Part shown: positions 1-9,700 of the stretch, in pieces | How the letters are laid out: every line of letters starts with the position of its first letter | Position numbering within the stretch: position 1 is the stretch's first letter | IMG/VR virus record: IMGVR_UViG_3300010297_000002 | Coordinates: 1-64,000 of that record | Direction: 5' to 3' (one strand) | From: a virus | Length of the DNA stretch: 64,000 nt | Position numbers and translations under genes: made by a program | Notes under the pieces: model-generated | Databases searched by the model: none | Seen by the model: only the letters and a program-made list of their open reading frames with translations | What the model was told of the DNA's origin: nothing

Positions 1-1965
1 GATAACAGCTTTTTGGTCAACTCCTTAAACCAGAAGCAGACTCGTGAATTATCCAGCTTTGTTACCTCGGTTAATGTTAATTACAATGTAGATAGTCCTC
101 CAGCCACAGCAGATATCACTCTTAGGACTCCTCAACATCTGGTTGACGGCGTTAATGAGTCTTTGATTAAAGATGGCGAACTAGAGATCAAGGAGATGTC
201 TGAGGTTCGGATTTTTATGAAGAACAGGTTCCCTTTCAAGGGATCGGGGTTCTTCGGGAGTGATAAGGGAGTCTACGGCTATTCTCATGTTTTCTGGGGA
301 TTGGTGACTCGAATCGTTCGGACAACCAATAACTCTGAAAATTCAGTAACTCTCAATTGCAGTGATATGACTTGGTGGTTAAGTAAATCCCGAACAGCGT
401 TTCTACCTTCTCTTTATAATGTGGCTATCAATAAGTCAGATCGAAATTTAGGAGCTCACAAATCTATCTTTGGGAATCAGAACCCTTTCGAGATAGTTTA
501 TCAAGTTATGAATGTCTACCCGGAAGATCTTCAGTCAAACCTGAACCAATTTCAGTTGGCCAATAACGGTGCTCAGGACCTATCCAATCAGAGTCAGCGT
601 GATATCCAGGAGAAGTGGAAGCAACGATTCGAGAAAATAATTAGAAATCTCAGGATATTCGGTTTGAATGGTAATCGTATTAAGACGGACAATACCAACT
701 TTATTAAAAACGAGGCCTCTCAGTCTCGCTTGGAGAAGTTGAGGAGAGCTTACCCAGGTAAGGTTATCTCTTCTAATATAGATTTGAATACTGGGGACAA
801 TATTCTTAAATCAAATATCAAGGATGCCTTGGACGAGAGTTTACTAAATGACTTTTTACCTTATAAGGAGATAACGGTTCCGGCCCATTTCGAAACTTCA
901 TTTAGGTCTAGACTAGAGATAGTCCAGGAGTTGGCGAAGTCTATTGGGTTTGAGTTTTTTCAGGATACTAACGGTGAGATTCTTTTTAAACCGCCTTTTT
1001 ACAACATGCACGTTAATGAGTATGAGAACCCTATTTATGTTCTTCGTGATCTTGACATACAAGAAGCAGATTACTCCTCCGACGCTAATGAAGTAGTGAC
1101 TGAGATCAAGGTTTCTGGAAAGTTCGCTAATGAGGTTCCCTCAGGCTCGAATGCTAGCAGTATCATCTTTGGACTGTACCGAAGTGCGGAGTTGGCGGCT
1201 ATTTATGGTATCCAAGAAGAGGAAGTTCAGGCAGACTTTTGTCGAACTTCGAAGCAGTGTCTTAATTTTGCTATAAGTGAGTTAGATAGAATCAATGCTC
1301 GAAGGTTTACATCCTCAATAACTATAGAGGGTCGTCCTGAACTTAGAATAGGACGGCCAATCTTCATAGCTTCCAAGAATGAGTTTTATTACATTCGCGG
1401 GCTATCTCATTCCTTCTCGAATGGAAGTTTTAAAACTACTCTGGAACTTGACACTCGAAGAAGGCCCTTCTTCCGCCCTAATAGTATAGTCAATGAGGCG
1501 AATATACTAGAGAACGTTAGAGCTGGGGAATCCATTACTGAGCAGAAGGGGGCGGAGAATCCAAATAATCCAGAGTTGAAGACAATTGTTGCCGGGGGAG
1601 AGATTACGTATTCTTCTGGTTCTATTTTACATATTCAGGCCGATGAGACTAAAGTCACTCGTCACGCTTCCGATCAATTTGGTTACGAGTTGATTGGCGG
1701 ATTTGCTTACGGTAAGAATCAGACAATTTCGTCAACGGGCAAGATTGTGCCCCGAGGATCAAGTAAACAGGCGAATGATATTACTTTTCTTCAAGTAGGT
1801 CAGGAAGGTGTGGCTTCGATTGAGAGGCAGGACGGTCATCCTGATTTACGGGATGAAGAATTTAATGTTCAGTTTAACAACTTATTTCAATCATTGTTTA
1901 ATCTGGGTCGAGATACCTTAACGCAAAGGGCCCAAACTTTGATTAAGGAACTTCTAAAGAAATAA
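1..1965 (+). CDS. Baseplate hub / tail protein (phage late-control D / gp27-like), probably 5'-truncated by the window edge
   Basis: Frame is open from base 1. Motifs VFWGLVTRI, FEFFQDTNGEILFKPP, SITIEGRPELRIGRPI and YYIRGLSHSFS are typical of hub proteins. First gene of the baseplate cluster. Confidence 0.7.
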   Translation, partial: DNSFLVNSLNQKQTRELSSFVTSVNVNYNVDSPPATADITLRTPQHLVDGVNESLIKDGELEIKEMSEVRIFMKNRFPFKGSGFFGSDKGVYGYSHVFWGLVTRIVRTTNNSENSVTLNCSDMTWWLSKSRTAFLPSLYNVAINKSDRNLGAHKSIFGNQNPFEIVYQVMNVYPEDLQSNLNQFQLANNGAQDLSNQSQRDIQEKWKQRFEKIIRNLRIFGLNGNRIKTDNTNFIKNEASQSRLEKLRRAYPGKVISSNIDLNTGDNILKSNIKDALDESLLNDFLPYKEITVPAHFETSFRSRLEIVQELAKSIGFEFFQDTNGEILFKPPFYNMHVNEYENPIYVLRDLDIQEADYSSDANEVVTEIKVSGKFANEVPSGSNASSIIFGLYRSAELAAIYGIQEEEVQADFCRTSKQCLNFAISELDRINARRFTSSITIEGRPELRIGRPIFIASKNEFYYIRGLSHSFSNGSFKTTLELDTRRRPFFRPNSIVNEANILENVRAGESITEQKGAENPNNPELKTIVAGGEITYSSGSILHIQADETKVTRHASDQFGYELIGGFAYGKNQTISSTGKIVPRGSSKQANDITFLQVGQEGVASIERQDGHPDLRDEEFNVQFNNLFQSLFNLGRDTLTQRAQTLIKELLKK

Positions 1966-3953
1966 TGCCGATTTATAAAAGTACAGATGTAAAACAAAAA
2001 TCACCGATCGAGGGATACAATACCAGTAATAGTGCAGCTTACTTCTATTTAAGAGCAGGTAAGGTAGACTACTACGACCCCGTCATGAAGACGGTCGACA
2101 TCTTCTGGTTGGACAACAAGCTCCCTGAAACCGGCCTTTCTGTGGCCAATATGGTTTCTAGCGGTAGTGTGGCTTCAGGTATGCCCCCTTGCCGTGGGGA
2201 TGTTCTATTATTCTCCGCCCAGCGTCTCAATTTCGGTCGAGGTAAGTACACTGCGGTGGGCTATATGGCCTCGGCGGGCGTTCCGAACAGATTCGGAGGG
2301 TTCGTTTGGGATTCTACTCTAGGTAAGTACGTCTTGGGGTCAAATCGGAATCCAGAGTCGGGAGAATTCTACGTAAGTACCTGTGATAACGCGGAAATGA
2401 TGCTTCATAGCGATGTTGTTCTCAACACGGCTTCCTACACCAAGCTGGAGATGTTAGCTTCTCAGGATATTATTTTCGGAGCTTCCCGAGCGATAAATTA
2501 TTCAGGATCGGGATTCCACATGAACGTGGGTATGAACTCCATACCCGTAGCTTTCTTTGAGGGAACAGACGATCTCTCGATTAAATCCATCGCGAAAAAC
2601 GAGATTGATCCTAGTGAGGGAACCAGCAACTCTGAGTTTAATATTAAACCTGTGGTTCTTGAAGACGGAAAGTACCTTTATTCTGCGACTCCAGATGATA
2701 GTAAGGATAATATTGATAATGGAGGCAAGCCCTTCGTCGAGTTCGATATGTTTTTGCAGGAGAACGCCGAGCCTATCCCTACGACTCTAGGGTCGACGGA
2801 TCTTTTGAATAAGAAGTTCCTTCAACCTACGGATGACTCAGGAACTAACGAGGATCTAGGCCACAAGCTTAGGGTAGGTTTTGGAACTAAGATTGGGAAG
2901 GACCCGGATAAAAAGAAGACCTACGGACGGCCTGTTAAGCGTAATGTCTTTAAATCTGAGCAGTCTATGACTCTGGAGACTGACGAGGATAAGAAAGAGG
3001 AGCCGGTCAAGGAAAAGAAGAAGCATATCTTTACCACGGCTTTCTGGATCAACCTTTATAAGAAGGGCAAGGAGCTGGCCTTTCTTGAGTTAGATAAGTC
3101 AGGAACTCTTAAATTTCTATTAGATGGTGAGAAGCCTGAAGACGATTCTGAAGAGACCAGGGTCATGAACTCTATTGAAGGTAGGATTAATGGCCGTGTT
3201 AAAATCAGTTTCGGTCAACAGAAGCAGAAGTCCGGAGCGTCTTCTGGATCTGACACTACCGAAGGTAATGAGCCTAACTTTGACAGTAATAAGGTCGAAG
3301 AGGTTCAGAGCGATTCCTTTTTCTCCAGATTTGAATCTGGGTGTAATATGTACGCCGGTGCCGACGGTAGTGATACTTCCAAAGGAGGCTTCTTTCTGGA
3401 CTGCGGGACAGACAGTGCTTCGGCGAATGCTAAGTTCAATGTAACCGGAGAGTGGCATCGAGAAGTTAAGAAGAAGGAATTGGTTAAAATTCATGAGAGA
3501 TCCTTCGCTACTTACGAGAAGGAATACATTCGCTCAGGTAACAGTTATGCAGTGAATAAAGCCACCAATGCTTACGGTATTCAAGGTAACCCAGTAAACA
3601 TAGTCTCAGCTAATGAAACGGGTTTGATTCGCCTTGGTATCGGAGACAAAGCTTCTATTAATGAGGATTCGGGTGCAATAGAGAATGCTACGGAGATTAT
3701 TAAGGGGGCTTTAGGCGGTTCGGACTACACCATAGACTTCGGCCAGTTGAACGTTGTTTTTAAAACTTCAGGAAATGTTACTTTTGATGCGGGGTTGGTT
3801 AAAGTAGGTAAAGGAGCCACGCTAGGGGTTGGTGCGATGGGTTCAAGAAGTATAGTTCAGAACCACTCGACCGCGATATTGAGAACCGAGCTCTCTAATC
3901 TATTGAAGGTTGAGAGGGGTGGATCTAAGGGAGGCTTCGTTTATCCGAGGTAA
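1965..3953 (+). CDS. Baseplate central spike-like protein (gpV/gp5-like)
   Basis: Directly follows the hub gene (TAATG overlap). OB-fold-like N-terminus (GKVDYYDPVMKTVDI...MPPCRGDVLL) and beta-rich C-terminus. Confidence 0.5.
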   Translation: MPIYKSTDVKQKSPIEGYNTSNSAAYFYLRAGKVDYYDPVMKTVDIFWLDNKLPETGLSVANMVSSGSVASGMPPCRGDVLLFSAQRLNFGRGKYTAVGYMASAGVPNRFGGFVWDSTLGKYVLGSNRNPESGEFYVSTCDNAEMMLHSDVVLNTASYTKLEMLASQDIIFGASRAINYSGSGFHMNVGMNSIPVAFFEGTDDLSIKSIAKNEIDPSEGTSNSEFNIKPVVLEDGKYLYSATPDDSKDNIDNGGKPFVEFDMFLQENAEPIPTTLGSTDLLNKKFLQPTDDSGTNEDLGHKLRVGFGTKIGKDPDKKKTYGRPVKRNVFKSEQSMTLETDEDKKEEPVKEKKKHIFTTAFWINLYKKGKELAFLELDKSGTLKFLLDGEKPEDDSEETRVMNSIEGRINGRVKISFGQQKQKSGASSGSDTTEGNEPNFDSNKVEEVQSDSFFSRFESGCNMYAGADGSDTSKGGFFLDCGTDSASANAKFNVTGEWHREVKKKELVKIHERSFATYEKEYIRSGNSYAVNKATNAYGIQGNPVNIVSANETGLIRLGIGDKASINEDSGAIENATEIIKGALGGSDYTIDFGQLNVVFKTSGNVTFDAGLVKVGKGATLGVGAMGSRSIVQNHSTAILRTELSNLLKVERGGSKGGFVYPR

Positions 3954-3964
3954 GGAATAATTAT

Positions 3965-4924
3965 ATGGCTACTACCGACCAAAGTTTTATCAATGCGTTT
4001 CAAGAGATAGCAACTTCTGAGAAAGTTGAGACTATAAATACAAGATACATCGACCCAGTCCAGGAAGCTGAAACTATAGCATCCCTTGAGCAAGAAGTTC
4101 AGGATCTCCTAGACTCAATAACTGAGTTAGACTCGGAGACCGATATATACAACTTGGCCATTAGTTCTGTGGTTAAGGGTATTAATGATTATCTAGAGTC
4201 AAAGCTCGCTGAGCTCAAAGCGGACGATGCAGACGCTGGGAGATTCCTTGTATATGGCCTCACTAACGGAGGCTTTCTAGGTGGCGGAGGCGGCCTAGGT
4301 GGCGGAGGTTTCTTCGTTCCCGGAACTGCGGTTCCTCCCTCATACGTTCCCGATTACGACCCGGAGGCTCCAGATGTGGAAGTCCGGGATGGTCGGGTTC
4401 TTATCCCCTATCAGATCCATTATTCTTATTTGAATAGCGACCCAACCTCCGGGAGGTCTCCTGGGATCGACCCAGATATAAATCCTGATGGTAGTCCTAC
4501 CAACCAAGCTCCGGCAGATCCTACTATTCGAGGAGCCGCTCTATACACGGTAAACACTGACGGTTATACTCGAAGCTACCCTGGTAATAGACTTCCGACC
4601 TCAGATCCTTTATACGAGTTCTTTGAGATAGGCATCGAGATCTATTATTATCAGCCGTACTCCCGATTGGTTGGGACTACTTACGTCCTAGACCACATAA
4701 AGATCGAGGTTCTGAATACCTCCAATGACCCAGAGCTTGCTTCAAAGGTAGCTGAGGCTGTGGCCATCTACGACCTTTTCGAAAATTCCGCTTTTGGCGG
4801 GGAAGAGGTCATTGGTTCTTATGCGGAGTCTGTTCAGAATCTCTCTCAGGTTCAGGGCATTCGTGATCAGATAGCGAGGCTTCAATTCAGAAACCAAGTT
4901 CTACGAGACATGGTGGAGGGATAA
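3965..4924 (+). CDS. Hypothetical virion protein (coiled-coil ends, Gly/Pro-rich centre)
   Basis: 319-aa ORF with AAGGA RBS, inside the baseplate cluster. Confidence 0.45.
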   Translation: MATTDQSFINAFQEIATSEKVETINTRYIDPVQEAETIASLEQEVQDLLDSITELDSETDIYNLAISSVVKGINDYLESKLAELKADDADAGRFLVYGLTNGGFLGGGGGLGGGGFFVPGTAVPPSYVPDYDPEAPDVEVRDGRVLIPYQIHYSYLNSDPTSGRSPGIDPDINPDGSPTNQAPADPTIRGAALYTVNTDGYTRSYPGNRLPTSDPLYEFFEIGIEIYYYQPYSRLVGTTYVLDHIKIEVLNTSNDPELASKVAEAVAIYDLFENSAFGGEEVIGSYAESVQNLSQVQGIRDQIARLQFRNQVLRDMVEG

Positions 4925-4927
4925 TCC

Positions 4928-5782
4928 ATGAGCTTGAAGAAGGTAAGAGAGGTTTTAAGAGTAATTAAACAAATCGGAGGGGCCTCAAATGTTAGGGACC
5001 CCGAGCCTCTTAATAAATCTCAGGAAAAGTTTCAGAAGATCGAAGAAGACGGGACCTCCAAGGTCAGGCTTCCCGATAATGTTCCTATCCCTGGATCTTC
5101 TCCCAATTCATTTAATTCTTCCAAGAGAGTTTCCGAGTCTTTAGGAAACTTCGGCTCGTTCTCCGATGATGATCGTGAAAGCGATGTTATTGAGCGAAAA
5201 CCTCGAGCCTCCGTGTTCGTAGGAAATCTTTCATCTTTCTGCCACAAGGACGACATTGATTACCTACTGAGCTTCGTAAATAAGTTCTCTTCCGATCTCA
5301 ATAGTGATTTGATAACTCACATAGAGAAGGAGCTGAAAAGGATCGAAAAGCTTCTAAAAAGGTGCTTCGCTATCGAGGCCAAGATGCTGGAAAACCATAA
5401 GACCAGTGCCCAGACTCTCAAACAGATATTTGAGGCGGTCAAAGCTGGAGCTTCTGGTGGTTCGGGTATTTATTATGGAGGCGATCGGGATTCAGATGGG
5501 GTGACAACTACGGAAGCTCTTCGTAAGTACATGCCGGAGGAGACTGGATTTGAGACAGATCTCACCACTAGGGCTGTCGAAGAAGCTAAGCTTCCGTATA
5601 AACCGGTAATCAACAGGATTAACGAATGTCAGTACACTGGGATGTCTTTGATTAAAAGGTATTATCTTTTAAATGACTTGAAATCGTCTCTTGAAGACAA
5701 GGATAAGCTTTCAACAGCCACGGAATCCTTGGAGTACGTGAAGAGTAATTTGAAGATATTTAAGAACGTAAAGAGTGACTAA
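4928..5782 (+). CDS. Hypothetical protein
   Basis: 284-aa ORF with GGAGG RBS, tightly packed with neighbours. Confidence 0.5.
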   Translation: MSLKKVREVLRVIKQIGGASNVRDPEPLNKSQEKFQKIEEDGTSKVRLPDNVPIPGSSPNSFNSSKRVSESLGNFGSFSDDDRESDVIERKPRASVFVGNLSSFCHKDDIDYLLSFVNKFSSDLNSDLITHIEKELKRIEKLLKRCFAIEAKMLENHKTSAQTLKQIFEAVKAGASGGSGIYYGGDRDSDGVTTTEALRKYMPEETGFETDLTTRAVEEAKLPYKPVINRINECQYTGMSLIKRYYLLNDLKSSLEDKDKLSTATESLEYVKSNLKIFKNVKSD

Positions 5783-5785
5783 TAG

Positions 5786-6778
5786 ATGAGCTACGATTTC
5801 AGATTAAGGAATGCTTGTGATCATAGGGTTGTTCAAGAAAGAGTCTTTTTAGAGTCGGACAGCCAAAGAATCCTAATCCCTCGTTTCGTCAGCAATTCTC
5901 GTGTTTTTAAGCTTTATATCAACGGTGAGTTGATTGATCCTCTCGATGATGAGTTCGGTTATGTTGTAAGAGTCCGAACAGAAATTGGAGAGACTATCGA
6001 CACTGGGACAGATACCCTGGTCCATATCAAAGATAACGAATACAAGCTTCGTGAAGATGATGTTCTCAATGAAACTTTGGTTTTTAGAGATCTTTTGGAT
6101 CTTAATACGGTTTACGATCCCTCTAACTTTGAAGTTTATACGGACGTGGATTATAAGACGGTAGTTCGGGTTTTACCGACCTCGACCATAACAGAGAACT
6201 CTTGGGTCCATATGACTTATGACTATGCGGCCAAATTTGTGGAGAGCTCTAACTATGAACAGTTCGAGGTAGTCTTCGATCAAGCGATCATCAGCGATTC
6301 TTTTGTATTTGAGGTAACCTACACCACAGATACCTTCAATTGTAGAAAGTGTAATGGTCTTGATTACCATAACGATTTAGCTTTAGACACTGTAGGAAAC
6401 TACCTAACTGTAGAAGGAACAGACAAGCTTCTTCAGGATGCTTACATCTTTACGTTCACCCGAAAAGGGTCCGATCCCTTTTATCCTCGATTAGGTACTT
6501 TTCTACTCGATTTTATTGGAACCCGTTTTACCGAGTCTAAAGAAGTTCAGATGCAGGTTGATGTTCGAGATACTTTACTTCTACTCCAAAAGCTTCAAAG
6601 AGATCAGGCTAAGGTTCAGTTTATTTCAGATCCAGAGACTTTTGAAAGTTTCCAAAAAGTTAGAGTCGAGCAGGATGAAACCGACTTGACTAGATTTAAT
6701 ATCCGAGTAAGAATTAATTCCCGATCCGTGGATGATTTAGAAGTTTCTAGCGAAATTCGATTTTTTAGAGTGAGTTAA
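5786..6778 (+). CDS. Baseplate wedge / sheath-initiator protein (gp25/GpW-like C-terminus) with N-terminal extension and CxH + CxxC
   Basis: C-terminal TVEGTDKLLQD...TRKGSDPFYPRLGT is gp25-like. Lies directly upstream of the baseplate J gene. Confidence 0.65.
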   Translation: MSYDFRLRNACDHRVVQERVFLESDSQRILIPRFVSNSRVFKLYINGELIDPLDDEFGYVVRVRTEIGETIDTGTDTLVHIKDNEYKLREDDVLNETLVFRDLLDLNTVYDPSNFEVYTDVDYKTVVRVLPTSTITENSWVHMTYDYAAKFVESSNYEQFEVVFDQAIISDSFVFEVTYTTDTFNCRKCNGLDYHNDLALDTVGNYLTVEGTDKLLQDAYIFTFTRKGSDPFYPRLGTFLLDFIGTRFTESKEVQMQVDVRDTLLLLQKLQRDQAKVQFISDPETFESFQKVRVEQDETDLTRFNIRVRINSRSVDDLEVSSEIRFFRVS

Positions 6779-6779
6779 A

Positions 6780-9700
6780 ATGACCAACTTAAGAAGACCA
6801 TTAATAGTTGAACCCTTTTCTCCAGAAACGGAGAACGCGACTTCTTTGAATTTCGCTACGAATCTTAATACAGTCGAGATTGTAGCTAAGATTTCAGTAG
6901 ATACTATGCAGGTCAGGCTGGTTCTCCCGAGTACGGTAGCTTCCGAGCCTCTAAATATCACTTCTACAGTAGAGTGGTTTAAGTTAGACGGTACGACTCT
7001 AGTACCCGCTCCTTTCGGTCCCGATACTGGAGAGGTTAATTTCCCTCTTCAGGAAGAGTTCTACATTAAATTTGATCTGGCCCTGGTCTCTAACAGCCTA
7101 AACGTCGCCACTCTGCGAGTACATGACGGGAACTACGATTATGATCAGGCCGCGAATGTTCCACCAAATGATTCTATTACTACCGAAGAAGTAGTTCTTC
7201 AGATCAATCAAAACTCCTCGGCTTTTTTAGGAGTCTCGGTAGCTCCTCCTACGGTACTATTCACTGACTACAAAACAGATACCGTGAGGGTTAATTGGGA
7301 AGATGTTAATAATGTAGATGCCCGCCCATTGGGGTCTGGTTACAAAATCTACTATACCATGGAGCAGACTAATCGGACAGGCTCTTATAAGCTGGTCAAC
7401 GATGACCCGATCTCTTCCTTTAGTCTAGGGGACGTTGATAAGACCATCCTGTCAGATACGATTACTCGTAGCGTTGGTCGGGAAGAGGTAGATCAAGAAG
7501 GGACTGGAACCACGTCGGAATTCACTTTCGCAGAAGAGCCTGCTTACGTGGATGAGTATTACCTCAGAAATGTGGTCGATGGTCTGACTCCTTCTTCTAC
7601 TTTTACAGCAACTTTAGCCGGAAGCACTGCCTCTTTCGCAGGAACTTCTGTTTTAGAGAAGGTCGGTGCTAAGGCAGAATCCAACGGTCAGATAAACACT
7701 GTTGTAAGCTGGGTAGCCGGGGTATCTGTAACTTTCGCAGACCCTTGGGTTGTAACTGGATCTCAAACAGTCAACGTGGTAGGAGGCCGTCTGAAGGAGT
7801 TAAGCGAGATCGCCGTTCGGGACGCAGCCCAGTCAGACTTAAATACTGCGAATATGGCTCTGATCAATTTTCAACATCAGCCGACGTTCGCTACTTCGGT
7901 TTCTTTAGGATCAGATACGGTCGATTTCTCAGTGTTGAGTTTATCTACTGAACTTTTTCAGTCGGTAGGATTAGTAGTCCAGTTCACTGATGGTTCCAAC
8001 ATTCAAAACCTTTCCGTGGTTTCCTGGATTGAGGATGTTTCGGTTTCCTTCTCAGGGACCTTTGCATTCAACCATAATCAGATGGACCCCCTTCCTTCAG
8101 TATTTAGTCAGGATGACTGCGAGGCTTACATCAAGTATTTGGATGAGAGGCTATTAGATCCGTCTGGGTTCGGTTTAACCGCACTCGATATTCAGCAGAT
8201 GACTTTTGATGCTAATGTTGTCGTGAACAAGTACAAGGGTCTAACCCAGTTTTACACTTACCAAGGCGTAGACGAAGTGGTTTCCCGCCATATCGAGACA
8301 GCGAGCATCGTGGTTACTAACTATCCCCAGTTCCTCGGATCTTATACTTACAATGTGGTAGATTCAGTGTTTGAGGTAGACCTCTATTACACGCTTCGCC
8401 AGTCCATCCAGGGAACTTCCCCTAATTTTAGTCCTTACTATTTCTATTACGTTAAGACCTACATCACTCCTGCGGAGTTGGACGATAACGAAGGCCTGTA
8501 CTTAACCCAACAGGCCTTTGAGGTATTCCCTATCTACAACGAGACTTTCTTTAGGGAGATCACTACCGAAGTTGAAACCATAACTCGAAAAGATGAGCTT
8601 ACCAGACTTCTCAGGTTGGATGTTACCAGTGATGACCTGACCTCTCCGGATGTTCTCTCTACCGATCTCCTGATCTTTTTCCAGATCAGTTTTTTACACA
8701 AGGATACAGCTAGAAGGCTTTTGGTTGAAAGTGCTGTCTCTAAGGAGACATTCGCTTCGATCTTAGATTCAGATTTAACCGAGACTCGTCCCGAAACACC
8801 GACTGAGGTAGACATTCAGAAAACGGTAATTGAAGCCATCTCTTCTGTTGAGCCCGATCTAGACTTAAAGCCCGGGTCAGTTGTTAGAACTGTTTTCATT
8901 AATCCATTCTCCACCGCTGTTGAGAATCTCTCTTACAGAGAGTACTTTCGTGAGATATCACAGAGTTTTGTGACTCTTCTAGAGTTCGACGAGGTGGACT
9001 CTAACGGCGACTCGCTTGCAGTTGAGTCGTCTGAGAACAAGCTTAGGTTAAGGGATGCTTATGGGTTGGATAATTCAACCGCTTCCAATCAGCTAATACA
9101 GGACTTCATTGATTCAAAGTTTGATCTTCTGGCTAATAACTTTGGAGTTCTTAGAACTACCGGAACCACAGCCTCAGGAGAGGTTACATTCTCCCTGTCT
9201 AGTTTACCTGACGATAACGCTCTTATCGCTCCTTTAGGAACTGTGGTCTCTACGATCTCACCGGCGGTAGAGTTCTCGACTCTGATAGAGATTCGTAAGA
9301 GTGATTTCACTACGGTCAAGAACGCAGATGGATTCTTCACCGCGAATGCGTTCATCCAATCTTTAGAGCCAGGAGCTATTAATCTGGTTCCGGCCAATTC
9401 GATATCGATTGTAAACGGAGCTACGGTTGGGGATCTCAGGGTCACTAACTCTGAGGCCACTTACGGCGGTACAGATGTTCAGAATAACTTAGAGTTGGTG
9501 GAGACTGTTCGTAAAAAGATTCTTTCAGTAGACACTGGAACAGTAAACGGGTATCTCCAGAAAATGGCTGAGATGGGTACTGTTGAGAGGGCTAGGATCG
9601 TTAAGTCCGGTAACGAGTTTATGAGACGAGACTTCGATTTCTCTTTAAACCGAAAAGGTTACAACGCAGTCGATGTTTATGTGAAGGGACTTTATCCTAC

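Noticed and set aside
4277-4308. 14-bp direct repeat CTAGGTGGCGGAGG (also TACACTAAGACAGAGG twice near 21538-21571)
   Set aside because: Two-copy in-frame coding duplications (LGGGG, YTKTE). Not CRISPR or a regulatory array.
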